DNA of 59,110 nt, the filler included, from an uncultured virus (IMG/VR IMGVR_UViG_2061766007_001796) (lineage: Duplodnaviria > Heunggongvirae > Uroviricota > Caudoviricetes). It is 6 parts of one record of this genome, joined end to end, with 100 filler letters (N's around TTAATTAATTAA, not from the genome) between each part and the next. Parts side by side here need not be neighbours in the genome. Positions count along the whole stretch, not along the records: positions 38,330 to 59,110 come from IMGVR_UViG_2061766007_001796; 5 more parts are not named here. The stretch is one strand, 5' to 3'. The translations under genes were made by a program, and so were the position numbers. Every line of letters begins with the position of its first letter. Position 1 is the stretch's first letter. The notes beneath the pieces were generated by a model. That model did not search any database and was not told the DNA's origin. It was given only the letters and a program-made list of their open reading frames with translations. This document shows, piece after piece, positions 45,006 through 55,941 of this stretch.

Positions 45006-45503
45006 ATGAAAATTATCGCTATTAAAGGAAACTCAATTGACGAAATCATTGATGGTCTTAAAAAGGTCGTCGAAGACGTTGACGAAGAGGTCAAAGACGA
45101 AGTCAGAGGAGAAGAAATCTCCAAGGCAAAATATGACGAGTTTATCAATCTCACATGTGACCTATGTAGAAACATCATTGATAGCGGTGTGTTTGAGGTA
45201 GATGTAGAGGTGTACCGTAAGCACCTACTCGAAATGCCATTGCGCGATAAAAGGTCATTCTTCCTCTATCACGCTTCATTGGCTAAAGAACTAGTGGAAA
45301 ACGTTTGNNNNNNNNNNCAAGCACCTACTCGAAATGCCATTGCGCGATAAAAGGTCGTTCTTCCTCTATCACGCTTCATTGGCTAAAGAACTGGTGGAAA
45401 ACGTTTGCGGTCTAACAAAAGAATACATCTTGTACCACAAAGAAACCACCAAGGTCAAAGAAAAACCTCTTGAAAAAGAAGTCAAAAAAACTAAAAAGAA
45501 AAC
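45006..45503 (+). CDS. Hypothetical protein (fragmented)
   Basis: AGGAGG RBS; overlapping fragments. Confidence 0.55.
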
Positions 45504-45985
45504 NNNNNNNNNNNNNNNNNNNNNNNNNNNNNNNNNNNNNNNNNNNNNNNNNNNNNNNNNNNNNNNNNNNNNNNNNNNNNNNNNNNNNNNNNNNNNNNNN
45601 NNNNNNNNNNNNNNNNNNNNNNNNNNNNNNNNNNNNNNNNNNNNNNNNNNNNNNNNNNNNNNNNNNNNNNNNNNNNNNNNNNNNNNNNNNNNNNNNNNNN
45701 NNNNNNNNNNNNNNNNNNNNNNNNNNNNNNNNNNNNNNNNNNNNNNNNNNNNNNNNNNNNNNNNNNNNNNNNNNNNNNNNNNNNNNNNNNNNNNNNNNNN
45801 NNNNNNNNNNNNNNNNNNNNNNNNNNNNNNNNNNNNNNNNNNNNNNNNNNNNTGGCAAGCGCTTTAGCAAGCGTGAAATATTTGAAGCAGTCGAGGGCTA
45901 TGAATGGCACGAAGACGCAAGCGACAAATGTCCCGCTATTCGTACAGACATGAAAGCAATCAACGCTTCTAGTGANNNNNNNNNN

Positions 45986-46716
45986 ACTCATAGAGGCTGT
46001 CGAAAATTACATATTAGGCAAAGACCTTATGAGCGAGGAGGAGTTATACGACTGGAACCATGTGGCAATTGAGTATATCTCAAAACTTAAAAACCCATCT
46101 ACTAAACAATTTGTTCTCTTGTTTGAAAAAAGCAAGAAAATGCAATCCTTGAAGTTACCATTAAGCAAATTAAGAAGAGAAGTAGAAAAGATAAATGCTG
46201 ATTGGAACGAAACTCTCAAGGCAATTGAAGAAGTCCCTCACGGCAATGAGGGCAACGAAGAAAGTGAGGCTCTATATGAAGAAGCATTTAACAAAATTAA
46301 CAACCCGTCAACATAGACTTGCTGACCTTATTGAGGCTGGCAANNNNNNNNNNACTCATAAGGTCTTTGTCTAATATGTAATTTTCGACAGCCTCTATAA
46401 GCAAGGTTTCGTCGCCAACGGCAACGCCACGCTCACGCATGGCATTGCACAATGGCACGAGATTTACACGCTTGATTTGTTTGTCGAACACACCTTTGTC
46501 TATGTCCGCAATTCCGCACTTGCTTACAAACGCAAGGGGGTTGGTACGATAGAGAACGTTTCTATCGATAAACCATTGCTTGAACTTTTCGGGTACAAAG
46601 AGTGGTCTTTTGGCAATATGAGCACTGATGTCTTCAAGAACTCTGTCGATAAAGACATTTCCACTACAACCACTTAGTTGTTCTTTTATAAACGTTAATA
46701 ATTCTTCAGTATTCAT
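45986..46716. CDS. Hypothetical protein; N-terminal half on an inverted fragment (46354-46716, -), C-terminal half at 45986-46316 (+)
   Basis: Both share LIEAVENYIL.KDLMS. Confidence 0.55.
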
Positions 46717-46740
46717 ATAACCTTTCTGCANNNNNNNNNN

Positions 46741-47499
46741 GAGATTAAAAATGCGCAAAAGCAACCGCTATGATACTTTTGTATACCTCGACGTCTATGG
46801 TAAGCGCTCAGTTGCCGAAAGAATGAACCTTGTTTGCCAAGTTGGAAATATCGTCTATATCGAGGGCGAGTTCCGCAATGCGACAATGGACAAGGTAATG
46901 CTCAAACCTTACGTCTTAGTTAAGTTTGCTACTTGCTTACGTAGGCGTAGGGTTACTGCTCCTCCTAAGAGTGAGGATGTTGTCACAATGTTAGACAGTT
47001 TAGACCNNNNNNNNNNACGCGATGTAATTATCGTGTTTGACCACCAAGAATACTACTACGCTACGCTTGAGCAAGCATTAGCGTTCATAGACCGCAAAAA
47101 GAGAACTATCTCTGTTGCTAACAAAGAAATCTATGTCCTTAAAAAGAAAATCGCTAAAAACGGACAAGGAAAGATTTTAAATAATCAACTCAATGAGTTG
47201 AAAGATAATGACGAACAATATCATACAACCTTAAGGGAGGAGTAAATGAGCAAAAAGGCATTAAGAGACTTACTAACCAAGAAAGACCTTAATTCGGTCT
47301 TCTTAGTAGGCGAAGTAGTGGATGTAGGCATTATGCCTCATAGGTACGGAATAACCGCTCGTGCAAGATTAAAAATGCGCAAGAGCAACCGCTATGATAC
47401 TTTCGTGTACCTTGACGTCTATGGTAAGCGCTCAATTGCTGAGAAAATGAACCTTATTTGCCAAGTCGGGAATATCGTCTATATCGAGGGCGAGTTCCG
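46741..47499 (+). CDS. SSB-like OB-fold protein (start 47246; continuation allele 46741-47006), plus the 3' end of the preceding gene (47017-47245)
   Basis: LNSVFLVGEV...G.IVYIEGEF pattern. Confidence 0.55.
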
Positions 47500-47531
47500 N
47501 NNNNNNNNNTTTGCCGTTCTAGGAGTAGCGT

Positions 47532-48284
47532 ATGTGTGATAGCGCTGAACGCGGGCAATCAATTGCCGACAATATCAGAAAGATATTGCTTAACTGCGAT
47601 TTAAGGCTTGTTCACGCCCAAGGCGAAATAGAACTTGCTAATCAAGAATATAAATTATACAGCAAACTGGGTGGGCAAGCAAACGCCCGCAAAGCGTTGC
47701 GTGCTAAAGCAAGACGCGAGACTTATAAGATTTATGTTGATAATATCAACAAAACTAAAAGCCAAATAAGTGCTGGTCTTAACAAAGTGCTCTCAAGATA
47801 CACTCCGAAGTACCAAAAGATTTGGATAATGTACTTCATGGAGCAAGCGTCAATCGANNNNNNNNNNNNNNNNNNNNNNNNNNNNNNNNNNNNNNNNNNN
47901 NNNNNNNNNNNNNNNNNNNNNNNNNNNNNNNNNNNNNNNNNNNNNNNNNNNNNTCAAATAAGTGCTGGTCTTAACAAGGTACTCTCAAGATACACTCCAA
48001 AGTACCAAAGGATTTGGATAATGTACTTCATGGAGCAAGCGTCAATCGAAGAGATATGCACCGCGGTTGCTTACTCACGCGGGAACATAAACGTGATTAT
48101 TAANNNNNNNNNNCAATATCAACAAAACTAAAAGCCAAATAAGTGCTGGTCTTAACAAGGTGCTCTCAAGATACACTCCAAAGTACCAAAAGATTTGGAT
48201 AATGTACTTCATGGAGCAAGCGTCAATCGAAGAAATATGCACCGCGGTTGCTTACTCACGCGGGAACATAAACGTGATTATTAA
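47532..48284 (+). CDS. Probable transcriptional regulator with C-terminal sigma-region-4-like HTH (fragments)
   Basis: YQKIWIMYFMEQASIEEICTAVAYSRGNINVI. Confidence 0.55.
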
Positions 48285-48711
48285 NNNNNNNNNNATGATA
48301 AAGGTTTGTTTAAAGACGCTGAAGACTATGTCAAAGGTTTTGTATCGGTGTTAACCGACGAAGAAAAAGAAAGAGCGTTTAAAATGAAAAAAACGATATT
48401 TGAAAAAGAGGTGGCAGAGTATGACGCTCGAAGAGGCACTTAAGCAAGGGTGCACGGTGTGCGTTACCTTTGTAAGCGTTGAACAAAAACGCCACTGGAC
48501 TATCACCTTTGACCAACCAACCGAGTTTGCTTCATTCTTATCTCCAATGGTAGGAGCGCTTGAGTACATAGGCGAGAACACGTACGCAAAAGCGTTGTTC
48601 GTAAGCGAAGAAGGCACGGAAGAACCTATTGCTGAGGCATAAAAAAAGGCAAAAAAAAAGAGGAGGGACTAGCCCTCCTCTTTGTGTATGTCCGCTAAGA
48701 TNNNNNNNNNN

Positions 48712-48915
48712 CTCCGCCAAAAGACTATCAACGATTTCGCTTTAGCGGGGTATTTGATGTATCTAAGTGATAAAGGTTTGTTTGAAGACGCTGAAGACTA
48801 TGTTAAAGGTTTTATATCGGTGTTAACCGACGAAGAAAAAGAAAGAGCGTTAAAAATGAAGAAAGCGATATTTGAAAAAGAGGTGGCAGAGTATGACGCT
48901 CGAAGAGGCACTTAA
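48712..48915 (+). CDS. Hypothetical protein (partial)
   Basis: Allele fragment at 48295-48443. Confidence 0.55.
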   Translation, partial: LRQKTINDFALAGYLMYLSDKGLFEDAEDYVKGFISVLTDEEKERALKMKKAIFEKEVAEYDARRGT

Positions 48916-49117
48916 CCAAGGAAGTGTTGTGTGTATTACATTCGTGAGCGTTGAAAAAAAGCGCCACTGGACAATTACATTTGAAGAACCTGACGACTTT
49001 GCTTCTTTTTTGTCACCGATGGTAGGCATGCTTGAGTACATAGGCGATAACACGTATGCGAAAGCGTTGTTTGTTAGCGAAGAAGGAGAAGAAGAGCAAT
49101 CTTATGCCAAAGCGTAA
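48893..49117 (+). CDS. Hypothetical protein (allele 48421-48642)
   Basis: GAGGTG RBS; conserved in two alleles. Confidence 0.7.
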   Translation: MTLEEALNQGSVVCITFVSVEKKRHWTITFEEPDDFASFLSPMVGMLEYIGDNTYAKALFVSEEGEEEQSYAKA

Positions 49118-49409
49118 AAAAATATACGAAGTTTTCATTCAAGACGAATGGAATAACTTAACTTTTCTTGGATTTTATGAAAATCTCGACGATAGTGTGA
49201 ACGACATAAACGATTATATCGAACCCACGTATGGCGTGCGCATAAAAAAAGGCGACGTGCTCGAGCGAGCGGGCACGTTCAGTAGTATGTTTGATACCGA
49301 CCTTGGAGACTTGTTTGAAGACAAAGAAGACTTGTACGGTGTTATGGTAAGAGGTTTTATACTCGACCAAGAAGATTTTAAGAGCATAAAAAAAAGAGGA
49401 GGGCACTAG
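49104..49409 (+). CDS. Hypothetical protein present in only one variant
   Basis: Absent between 48642 and the terminator in the other allele. Confidence 0.6.
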   Translation: MPKRKKIYEVFIQDEWNNLTFLGFYENLDDSVNDINDYIEPTYGVRIKKGDVLERAGTFSSMFDTDLGDLFEDKEDLYGVMVRGFILDQEDFKSIKKRGGH

Positions 49410-49420
49410 CCCTCCTCTTT
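49389..49420. terminator. Bidirectional terminator between convergent operons (allele near 48652-48683)
   Basis: AAAGAGGAGGGC-ACTA-GCCCTCCTCTTT. Confidence 0.75.
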
Positions 49421-49618
49421 GTGTATGTCCGCTAAGATTAGTTGTCTTAGGTAATCACAACGGTTCTCGACTGTATTGAGTTTGTGAATAACCTCATAGT
49501 CGTTCTCTCTATGGAACCTAATTGTGTATGCCTTTTGACTTTTTTTCTTGTATCTATAATCCGATTGCAATTTCGCTTTGTGTGCTTGCACTGCATTCGG
49601 GTACTTACGATTTGCCAT
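49406..49618 (-). CDS. Small ribbon-helix-helix-like DNA-binding protein
   Basis: GGAGG RBS; YTIRFHRENDYEVIHKL...YLRQLILADI. Confidence 0.6.
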   Translation of the reverse strand: MANRKYPNAVQAHKAKLQSDYRYKKKSQKAYTIRFHRENDYEVIHKLNTVENRCDYLRQLILADIHKEEG

Positions 49619-49649
49619 AGGTGTTGTCCTCCGAAATAATAATATATTA

Positions 49650-50036
49650 TTACATTTCGCATTGCAAGACTTGGTAAGTACGATTGTTGTCAGTTAAACT
49701 CGCTTGTGTGAGTAAGATTTTATCATAATCTACGTATGGGAGACTTTTGATTTCTCCCTTTTTGTTGTGAAGACAAATGAAGCAATTGCCAAATAGAACC
49801 TCGATAATTCTTCTTGTTTCTTTATCACGAGTGATTATTGCGGGTTCTCTTGTGGGCTTTAATAGCGCCTCTTCGTCACAATATATATCTACATTCATAC
49901 CTCCTATATTCCTGCTTACGCATGTAATCCAGTCACAACCGAGTAGTTCGGTTATGTCTTTGTAATTGTTGTATTCGAACTTTACTGGTTCGATACCTTT
50001 TTTTGTGTTAACGAGAATGCCACGGAGTTGTTTCAC
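49650..50036 (-). CDS. DUF3846-like protein
   Basis: LLGCDWI...IYCDEEALLK...LFGNCFI. Confidence 0.65.
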   Translation of the reverse strand: MKQLRGILVNTKKGIEPVKFEYNNYKDITELLGCDWITCVSRNIGGMNVDIYCDEEALLKPTREPAIITRDKETRRIIEVLFGNCFICLHNKKGEIKSLPYVDYDKILLTQASLTDNNRTYQVLQCEM

Positions 50037-50260
50037 GATAGCACCTCCTTGAGGAGTTTGTACTCCTCGTCAGTTATGCGACTATCAGTGGTGTATATGT
50101 ACCCCACGATAACGTATACATGTTTTTTGATAATTTCTAATGCGTCTAGCGCCTTTCCTATGACGTGAAACTCCTCTGCATATTCGTCGCCTAGAGGGTG
50201 CCCAATAGGTGCTTCGTCAATATACGCTAGTTTATCTAGTGCTTCTAGTGCTTTGCTCAT
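50033..50260 (-). CDS. Hypothetical protein
   Basis: MSKALEAL...EEYKLLKEVL. Confidence 0.6.
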   Translation of the reverse strand: MSKALEALDKLAYIDEAPIGHPLGDEYAEEFHVIGKALDALEIIKKHVYVIVGYIYTTDSRITDEEYKLLKEVLS

Positions 50261-50622
50261 AATAGAACCGCCTTTTTGCCACTGAAGCAATACATTAAGT
50301 CAACCGCGCAACATATATCGTCGTCGTCAAGCGCACTTGCTTGTTTAGGCGACCAAGTGTATTTGAAATAATCTTTGTCTTTGCGTTTGAGAAAACTAAA
50401 GCATGCTTCTTTGAGTTTATCAATGTTGCAATTGTTGTTGCGGTAGAAGACAGCGTCTCCTCCGTCTCCAGCGTTATAAATAACGCCCATCTTGTTGCCC
50501 ATGAGATACACGTCTGCTTGCATGCCTCCCTCTTCGCCCCATTCGCTCGATGGGAAGCGCATATAATTTTTAACTGATAGACCCTCTTTGGTGGTCACTT
50601 TTAAGTCTTTAATGTTTTTCAT
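50257..50622 (-). CDS. Hypothetical protein (allele of 51009-51374)
   Basis: Shared GLSVKNY.RFPS.EWG.EGGMQADVYL...YNAGDGG. Confidence 0.75.
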   Translation of the reverse strand: MKNIKDLKVTTKEGLSVKNYMRFPSSEWGEEGGMQADVYLMGNKMGVIYNAGDGGDAVFYRNNNCNIDKLKEACFSFLKRKDKDYFKYTWSPKQASALDDDDICCAVDLMYCFSGKKAVLL

Positions 50623-50706
50623 TTTATTTGACCTCCTCCACTGATTGAACGTGGTCGATACACACGTCCCAAAGTTCGCCTTTATCTTTGTNNNNNNNNN
50701 NAAGTT

Positions 50707-51009
50707 TCATAACTCTGACCTCATTTTTTCAATCATTGCTACTTCTTCTTTGGTCAATTTCATGTTGGTGTATTCTAATTCTTCATGTATTTCCATATCT
50801 CCGTTCTTGTACATTTTGCACAAGACGGCAATACAATCGCTTGAAGCGCTTTGCACGGTTATGCGTCTATCTTTTTCGTAGAAGTGCATATTCATACCAC
50901 GCCTACCATATTTTGTTTTTCGCCACCAACACCACGTTGTTGAGCGGTCTTCTCTACGTACAAAACCATATTTTGATATGTCAACATTTGGTTTTACGAT
51001 AAACAACAT
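50707..51009 (-). CDS. Hypothetical protein
   Basis: GAGG RBS; coupled to 51009-51374. Confidence 0.55.
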   Translation of the reverse strand: MLFIVKPNVDISKYGFVRREDRSTTWCWWRKTKYGRRGMNMHFYEKDRRITVQSASSDCIAVLCKMYKNGDMEIHEELEYTNMKLTKEEVAMIEKMRSEL

Positions 51010-51374
51010 TAGATTGTCCTCGCTTTCCCGTTGTAGTAGCACGCTATTAAATCAACTGCGAGCGCAATATCGTCCTCGTCGCATTCGCTTGCTTTCTTAG
51101 GCATAAGAGAACTTTTGCGATAGTTCTTGTCTAAACGCCTTAAGAACTTAAAACAAGCAGTTTTTAATTCGTCATAATTGGTGTCTTTTTCGCGGTAGAA
51201 ATTAGCCATACCGCCATCTCCAGCATTATAAACTTTGCCAGTGTATTTGCCGTTGAGATATACGTCTGCTTGCATACCTCCCTCGTCTCCCCATTCACGT
51301 GATGGGAACCTCGAGTAATTTTTAACCGAAAGACCCTCAAAGGTCTTTATTTTTAAGTCTTTAATGTTGACCAT
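51009..51374 (-). CDS. Hypothetical protein (allele of 50257-50622)
   Basis: AGGAGG RBS; conserved between alleles. Confidence 0.75.
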   Translation of the reverse strand: MVNIKDLKIKTFEGLSVKNYSRFPSREWGDEGGMQADVYLNGKYTGKVYNAGDGGMANFYREKDTNYDELKTACFKFLRRLDKNYRKSSLMPKKASECDEDDIALAVDLIACYYNGKARTI

Positions 51375-51375
51375 A

Positions 51376-51576
51376 TTAAGCCTCCTTGGTTTTTTTCCAT
51401 GCTTCCCAATCGTACATTGCTTCTAATAGTTCATCCATTTCAATTAAGCAACGTTTAAACATTTCAACCTTGAACGCGTACATGGTTCTTGCGTCCATAG
51501 CACCGTTTTTGCGTAGTTTTAATAATTGTTCGTTTGTGAGCATATTGAATAATAATTCTAAAGTGTTGTCGTCCAT
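51376..51576 (-). CDS. Hypothetical protein present in only one variant
   Basis: GGAGG RBS. Confidence 0.6.
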   Translation of the reverse strand: MDDNTLELLFNMLTNEQLLKLRKNGAMDARTMYAFKVEMFKRCLIEMDELLEAMYDWEAWKKTKEA

Positions 51577-51755
51577 TATTTGACCTCCTCTATTGATTGA
51601 ACGTGGTCGATACACACGTCCCAAAGTTCGCCTTTATCTTTGTAAGTTACAAGATAAAACTTGTTGCTTTTGTCCATAGGTACGTAACTTACAACGTTGC
51701 CTATGAGAATTGCGTCGGCACTATGTCCGCTCTCAATTTTAAATAATAAATCCAC
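51576..51755 (-). CDS. Small hypothetical protein (59 aa, GTG start)
   Basis: AGGAGG RBS; 3' end repeated at about 50623-50691. Confidence 0.6.
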   Translation of the reverse strand: MDLLFKIESGHSADAILIGNVVSYVPMDKSNKFYLVTYKDKGELWDVCIDHVQSIEEVK

Positions 51756-51814
51756 GTGTGTACCTCCTTGTGTGCTGGAGCAAGCACTAATGCCTACCCC
51801 AGCACTTATGTGAT

Positions 51815-52354
51815 TTAATCGTTCTTGTCGCTTGGTGCGATTTTGTTACGTACCCAACGTGCTTCTACGTCAATGCGCTTGATGTCAAAGTCGTCGGTGT
51901 TTTTGATAAGTTTGACGTCCGCTTCAGTGAATAACATTGGAGCGGTTTTTTTGGTGCCGTCATTTTCCATAACAAGTATGCCCTTGTCGGTTAACTTATA
52001 GACGTACTTGTTGGTACCTTTAAGATAAAGGTTGTAGCACTTAAGGATGTGTTTTTCGGGTACTGCGAGTTTTAACTCGACTTTGCCGTAGTCGCTTGCA
52101 AGACCTAAATGTACGTGTCTCACATACTTACGTTTAGGTTTCGGTGTGTCAACCACTGGTGGTTTTTCTTTGACCTTTAGGTCATTGATACGGAGCATTT
52201 CTAGTGCTCTCTCGTGTGCTTCAGCGGGAGTGAGGTCGATACAATTTCTAATTGTGCCGATTTCTTCCTCGTTGCCGTCAATGCTGATAATAACTTTGCC
52301 GTTACCATTTGCGTCAATTTCAGTGCGGTAACTATCGATTTCTAAGTAATCCAC
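51815..52354 (-). CDS. Hypothetical protein
   Basis: AGGAGG RBS; 179 aa. Confidence 0.7.
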   Translation of the reverse strand: MDYLEIDSYRTEIDANGNGKVIISIDGNEEEIGTIRNCIDLTPAEAHERALEMLRINDLKVKEKPPVVDTPKPKRKYVRHVHLGLASDYGKVELKLAVPEKHILKCYNLYLKGTNKYVYKLTDKGILVMENDGTKKTAPMLFTEADVKLIKNTDDFDIKRIDVEARWVRNKIAPSDKND

Positions 52355-52375
52355 GATACGCTGTCCTCCTTTCTC

Positions 52376-52834
52376 TTAATCTTTATCGTCAGACAATAGT
52401 CTGTTCATAGCGTCAAACGCTTTGCTGATACGCATTACGTCATTCGCTTGTTCTACGGATGTAACTACGACGCCCGAGTTTGCGAGGTGCTTTTTGGTGT
52501 CGTCACTAAGACTATCGTAGTCTTTTTTGAACGCTTTAAACCATGCGTCGCATGCCTCTTTTTCGCTTTGTGCTCTAGCGTCTATGCACAACTTGAATGC
52601 GTTGAAGCGCTTTTCGTTTTTGCCCGCCATTTTAGTTGCGAGGTTATAAAGAGCGTTTTCATAGGTGAAGCGGTACCAAGGGCGGTTGTACCAGTAGTCT
52701 TTGCCCTCGTATCCGTCGCATTCAGCGTGTTCGGTTGTTCTCACGTTTGTGTGGGTGGTGTAGCAAATGATTGTGTAGGATTTGCCGTTTTCGTCAATAA
52801 ATGTAAATGTTTGAGTGTTGCTAATTTTAGCCAT
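52376..52834 (-). CDS. Hypothetical phage protein (WYNRPWYRFTYE motif)
   Basis: 152 aa; upstream TATAAT on the minus strand near 52873-52878. Confidence 0.7.
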   Translation of the reverse strand: MAKISNTQTFTFIDENGKSYTIICYTTHTNVRTTEHAECDGYEGKDYWYNRPWYRFTYENALYNLATKMAGKNEKRFNAFKLCIDARAQSEKEACDAWFKAFKKDYDSLSDDTKKHLANSGVVVTSVEQANDVMRISKAFDAMNRLLSDDKD

Positions 52835-53384
52835 AGGTTTTTAAAGTCTCCGTGCCGTTCTTCGGCTCTTATATTATATAATAGGTGTTGCCCTAAATGA
52901 AAATAATTTTTTTAATGCAAAATAATTACTATGTAATTGTTGCACCATTAGTTTTGGATTGCCATATTTAATGGTGCATAAGGGTCNNNNNNNNNNTTAA
53001 GAGAGATACACGTTGAAAAGTTGACCTCGTTCTTCGACGTCACAAGTGATTATCTTCTAGGTTACTCAAACGCTGGTATAGGCATTTACTTCGAGAGNNN
53101 NNNNNNNAATGTTTGCTTTTTCGAGTAATACCCACATGGTGTCGAGCGCAACGTCGTCGTATTCTTCGCTTGCCCAAAACTCGAGGTTGTTTGTTGCCTT
53201 GCAGATTTTCTTCCATTCACGCATAGAAATATCTTTATTCTTAAGCGTCTGCTTGAGTGCTCGCTTGACCTCTCTTGGGTATGTAGCGCTGAACCAGTCG
53301 ATGATATTCATTGCATAAAAATCTTCCCAATATAGGTTAATAATTTCTTGTTTTTGTTCGTTTGTTAAAAGCATNNNNNNNNNN

Positions 53385-53651
53385 GACGTTTGCTTTTTCG
53401 AGTAATACCCACATGGTATCGAGCGCAACGTCGTCGTATTCGTCGCTTGCCCAAAACTCGAGGTTGTTTGTTGCCTTGCAGATTTTTTTCCATTCACGCA
53501 TAGAAATATCTTTATTCTTAAGCGTCTGCTTGAGTGCTCGCTTGACCTCTCTTGGATATGTAGCGCTGAACCAGTCAATGATATTCATTGCATAGAAATC
53601 GTCCCAATATAGGTTAATAATTTCTTGTTTTTGTTCGTTTGTTAAAAGCAT
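53385..53651 (-). CDS. Hypothetical protein (allele 53108-53374)
   Basis: AGGAGG RBS; two alleles. Confidence 0.7.
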
Positions 53652-53666
53652 ATTTGTGCCTCCTAA

Positions 53667-53930
53667 TTATTTGTAAATAATTAAATAGTGTTGATTGCCA
53701 AAACTACCTATGCTTGTCAATCTTGTGTAGAACGTTGTTTCTCTATCGACTTTAAAGTCGTGTTCAAACAACTTGTTGCCCATTGCATTTAAGCGATTGC
53801 ACAAGTCCGCTCCATTGGTGGCGTCTTCAATTGTGTCAGTCACGTCAAATTGTGTGCAGTTGTTGCACATATCAGATAGTGCAAACGGTATGTTGCTTTT
53901 GTTGGTGTAAACTATTTTTCGGTATTCCAT
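53667..53930 (-). CDS. Hypothetical protein
   Basis: GGAGG RBS. Confidence 0.65.
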   Translation of the reverse strand: MEYRKIVYTNKSNIPFALSDMCNNCTQFDVTDTIEDATNGADLCNRLNAMGNKLFEHDFKVDRETTFYTRLTSIGSFGNQHYLIIYK

Positions 53931-53940
53931 AATTGCCTCC

Positions 53941-54216
53941 TTAATATAGACCTATGGTCTCCCATGAGGTCTTTGTGCTTCTCTTATCTTGTATAAGAGT
54001 TACAAAACTGCTTTCACGTGTGCCGTCTGCGTGCTCTAGCACTAGGTCATAGCGTGTCTTTGATAAGCGTCCGTTAGCGGTTGGAACCCCCCTAAAGCGA
54101 TAATTTTTATCGCTTAGGGAAGACCATATTTCTTGCTGAGATTTTCCAGCGTCAATTAAACTATTTAAAAGTTTAATTGTTTTGACTTGTAAGTCACTGA
54201 TTGGTACGTATTCCAT
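53941..54216 (-). CDS. Hypothetical protein
   Basis: AGGAG RBS. Confidence 0.65.
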   Translation of the reverse strand: MEYVPISDLQVKTIKLLNSLIDAGKSQQEIWSSLSDKNYRFRGVPTANGRLSKTRYDLVLEHADGTRESSFVTLIQDKRSTKTSWETIGLY

Positions 54217-54227
54217 AATTGTCTCCT

Positions 54228-54419
54228 TTAGCGTTCAATTAAGAGGTGTCTCTTAATTGTGTATTCGTTGATTGCCTCGTATATACGATATTCGCATTCA
54301 CTGCCGTGACTTGCGTCGAACTCGTCTACATAAGCAAGAGCGTCCTTGTATGTATCAAAGACGCTCGTTTGTGTGTATTCTTTAAATCCAGTAGGATTTA
54401 CCTCTACGATATAGACCAT
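54228..54419 (-). CDS. Hypothetical protein present in only one variant
   Basis: In the other allele the amidotransferase stop (54583) is followed directly by MEYVPISD. Confidence 0.6.
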   Translation of the reverse strand: MVYIVEVNPTGFKEYTQTSVFDTYKDALAYVDEFDASHGSECEYRIYEAINEYTIKRHLLIER

Positions 54420-54582
54420 ACTAGTAATCCTCGTCGAGCAATCTTAATTGCTCGGGTGTAAGACCACTAACGTGATAGCCCTCACGTTCACTGAACGGTC
54501 TAATATCGTCGTCATAATTATCNNNNNNNNNNGAAGTTTAATTGTTTTGACTTGCAAGTCACTGATTGGTACGTATTCCATA

Positions 54583-55413
54583 CTAGAAATCCTCGTCGAG
54601 CAATCTTAATTGCTCGGGTGTAAGACCACTAACATGATAGCCCTCACGTTCACTGAACGGTCTAATATCGTCGTCATAATTATCTTCGATAATTTCTTTA
54701 GCGGTTTTGAAGCCACCAAAGCGACCAGTATTGGTGTAAGTAACCTCATGATAGAGGTTAGAATAGTAAATACCATTCTTGTTTTGGAAGTTGCCGATTA
54801 ACGTGACGTTACCGCTTGCTGTCATGATTGCGAGTTTGCTATATTCGCATAAACGTTCAAGCAATTTGACTTTGTTGTCGTTGCTAGCAAAATCTTGGTC
54901 ATTGTCAATAATTAAAGACGCAAAGTCTTTAATAAATGTCATGGTGTCATTGTAGTCGAGTTGTTTTTTCTTTGGTTCAATCCACTTTTTGGTCTTGTAG
55001 TCATAATGACTACCGCCATAAAACTCACTAGTGGAGCAACGGGAGATTATGCCATTATGGCATAAACCTATATTGCATAAGCAAGCGAGTGAGCGCATTT
55101 TTTCGTAGTCTTCGCACACTGGGTATGGATGGCACAAGCCTTTCTGAACGCCTCCCTGTGTGCTTATGCGGAAGTGCATAACGATTGGTGTGTTGATTGG
55201 GTCAATAGTGTACTTTTTAAAGGCACTATTGAGTGATTTTATGAATGCCTCAAAGGTCATAAGACCTTTGCGAATAAGCACTTTTGGTGCTCCGTTTTCG
55301 TTGATAACTGGGAGCATATAACCTGCTCCGTCTGGATTGTGTTCAAAGCACTTTTTCAAAGTGTCTTTGCTTGGCAATTTGTTGCCGTTTGGTTTATAAA
55401 CTATTACGCACAT
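54583..55413 (-). CDS. Class II (Ntn) glutamine amidotransferase
   Basis: Starts MC; NPDGAG, HFRISTQG, HPY, HNGII, NDT motifs; AGGAGG RBS. Confidence 0.88.
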   Translation of the reverse strand: MCVIVYKPNGNKLPSKDTLKKCFEHNPDGAGYMLPVINENGAPKVLIRKGLMTFEAFIKSLNSAFKKYTIDPINTPIVMHFRISTQGGVQKGLCHPYPVCEDYEKMRSLACLCNIGLCHNGIISRCSTSEFYGGSHYDYKTKKWIEPKKKQLDYNDTMTFIKDFASLIIDNDQDFASNDNKVKLLERLCEYSKLAIMTASGNVTLIGNFQNKNGIYYSNLYHEVTYTNTGRFGGFKTAKEIIEDNYDDDIRPFSEREGYHVSGLTPEQLRLLDEDF

Positions 55414-55438
55414 ATTTAATACCTCCTTGTACGCTTGC

Positions 55439-55693
55439 TTAAGCACATAACATTAGTGCCCATGAGTATAGATTGTCCGCGTTATCGTACTTTAAGTACG
55501 TATCGTCGCTTGTGACGCCTCCGTCGCCCTCAGCAAGTTCGCCAAGGTATTCAACGTAACCGTCAAAGAATGTTGCACATTCTTTTGGGTCAATGCCCAT
55601 ATCGTTGTTGTAGTCGTTGATAAATAAACTATTTAAGACAATTTGTTGTCTTAATGCCCATAATTGGTCTTGTGTCATTTCAGTGATTTTCAT
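55439..55693 (-). CDS. Hypothetical phage protein
   Basis: AGGAG RBS; LRQQIVLNSLF..DY.N...FFDGY. Confidence 0.65.
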   Translation of the reverse strand: MKITEMTQDQLWALRQQIVLNSLFINDYNNDMGIDPKECATFFDGYVEYLGELAEGDGGVTSDDTYLKYDNADNLYSWALMLCA

Positions 55694-55706
55694 AATTTTG
55701 GTCTCC

Positions 55707-55910
55707 TTATTGTTCAAAGAACAATACAACGTCGAGCGGTGTTCTAAACTCTTGCGCCTCTAATTGTTCGCATAACTCGTCGTATGCGTCTGGGTCGTTA
55801 TCGCGGATGTCGTATATCTGCTTGAGCAAGCGTCCATAGAACCCTTGTGAGTGTGATAAATCGGTAATGACATTTAAAATGTCATTCATTTTAAGTGTAA
55901 TGTTTGCCAT
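55707..55910 (-). CDS. Hypothetical phage protein (allele 57172-57375)
   Basis: LSHSQGFYGRLL motif; AGGAG RBS. Confidence 0.75.
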   Translation of the reverse strand: MANITLKMNDILNVITDLSHSQGFYGRLLKQIYDIRDNDPDAYDELCEQLEAQEFRTPLDVVLFFEQ

Positions 55911-55941
55911 AATTGTCTCCTATTCGTAAGAGGGTTACCCA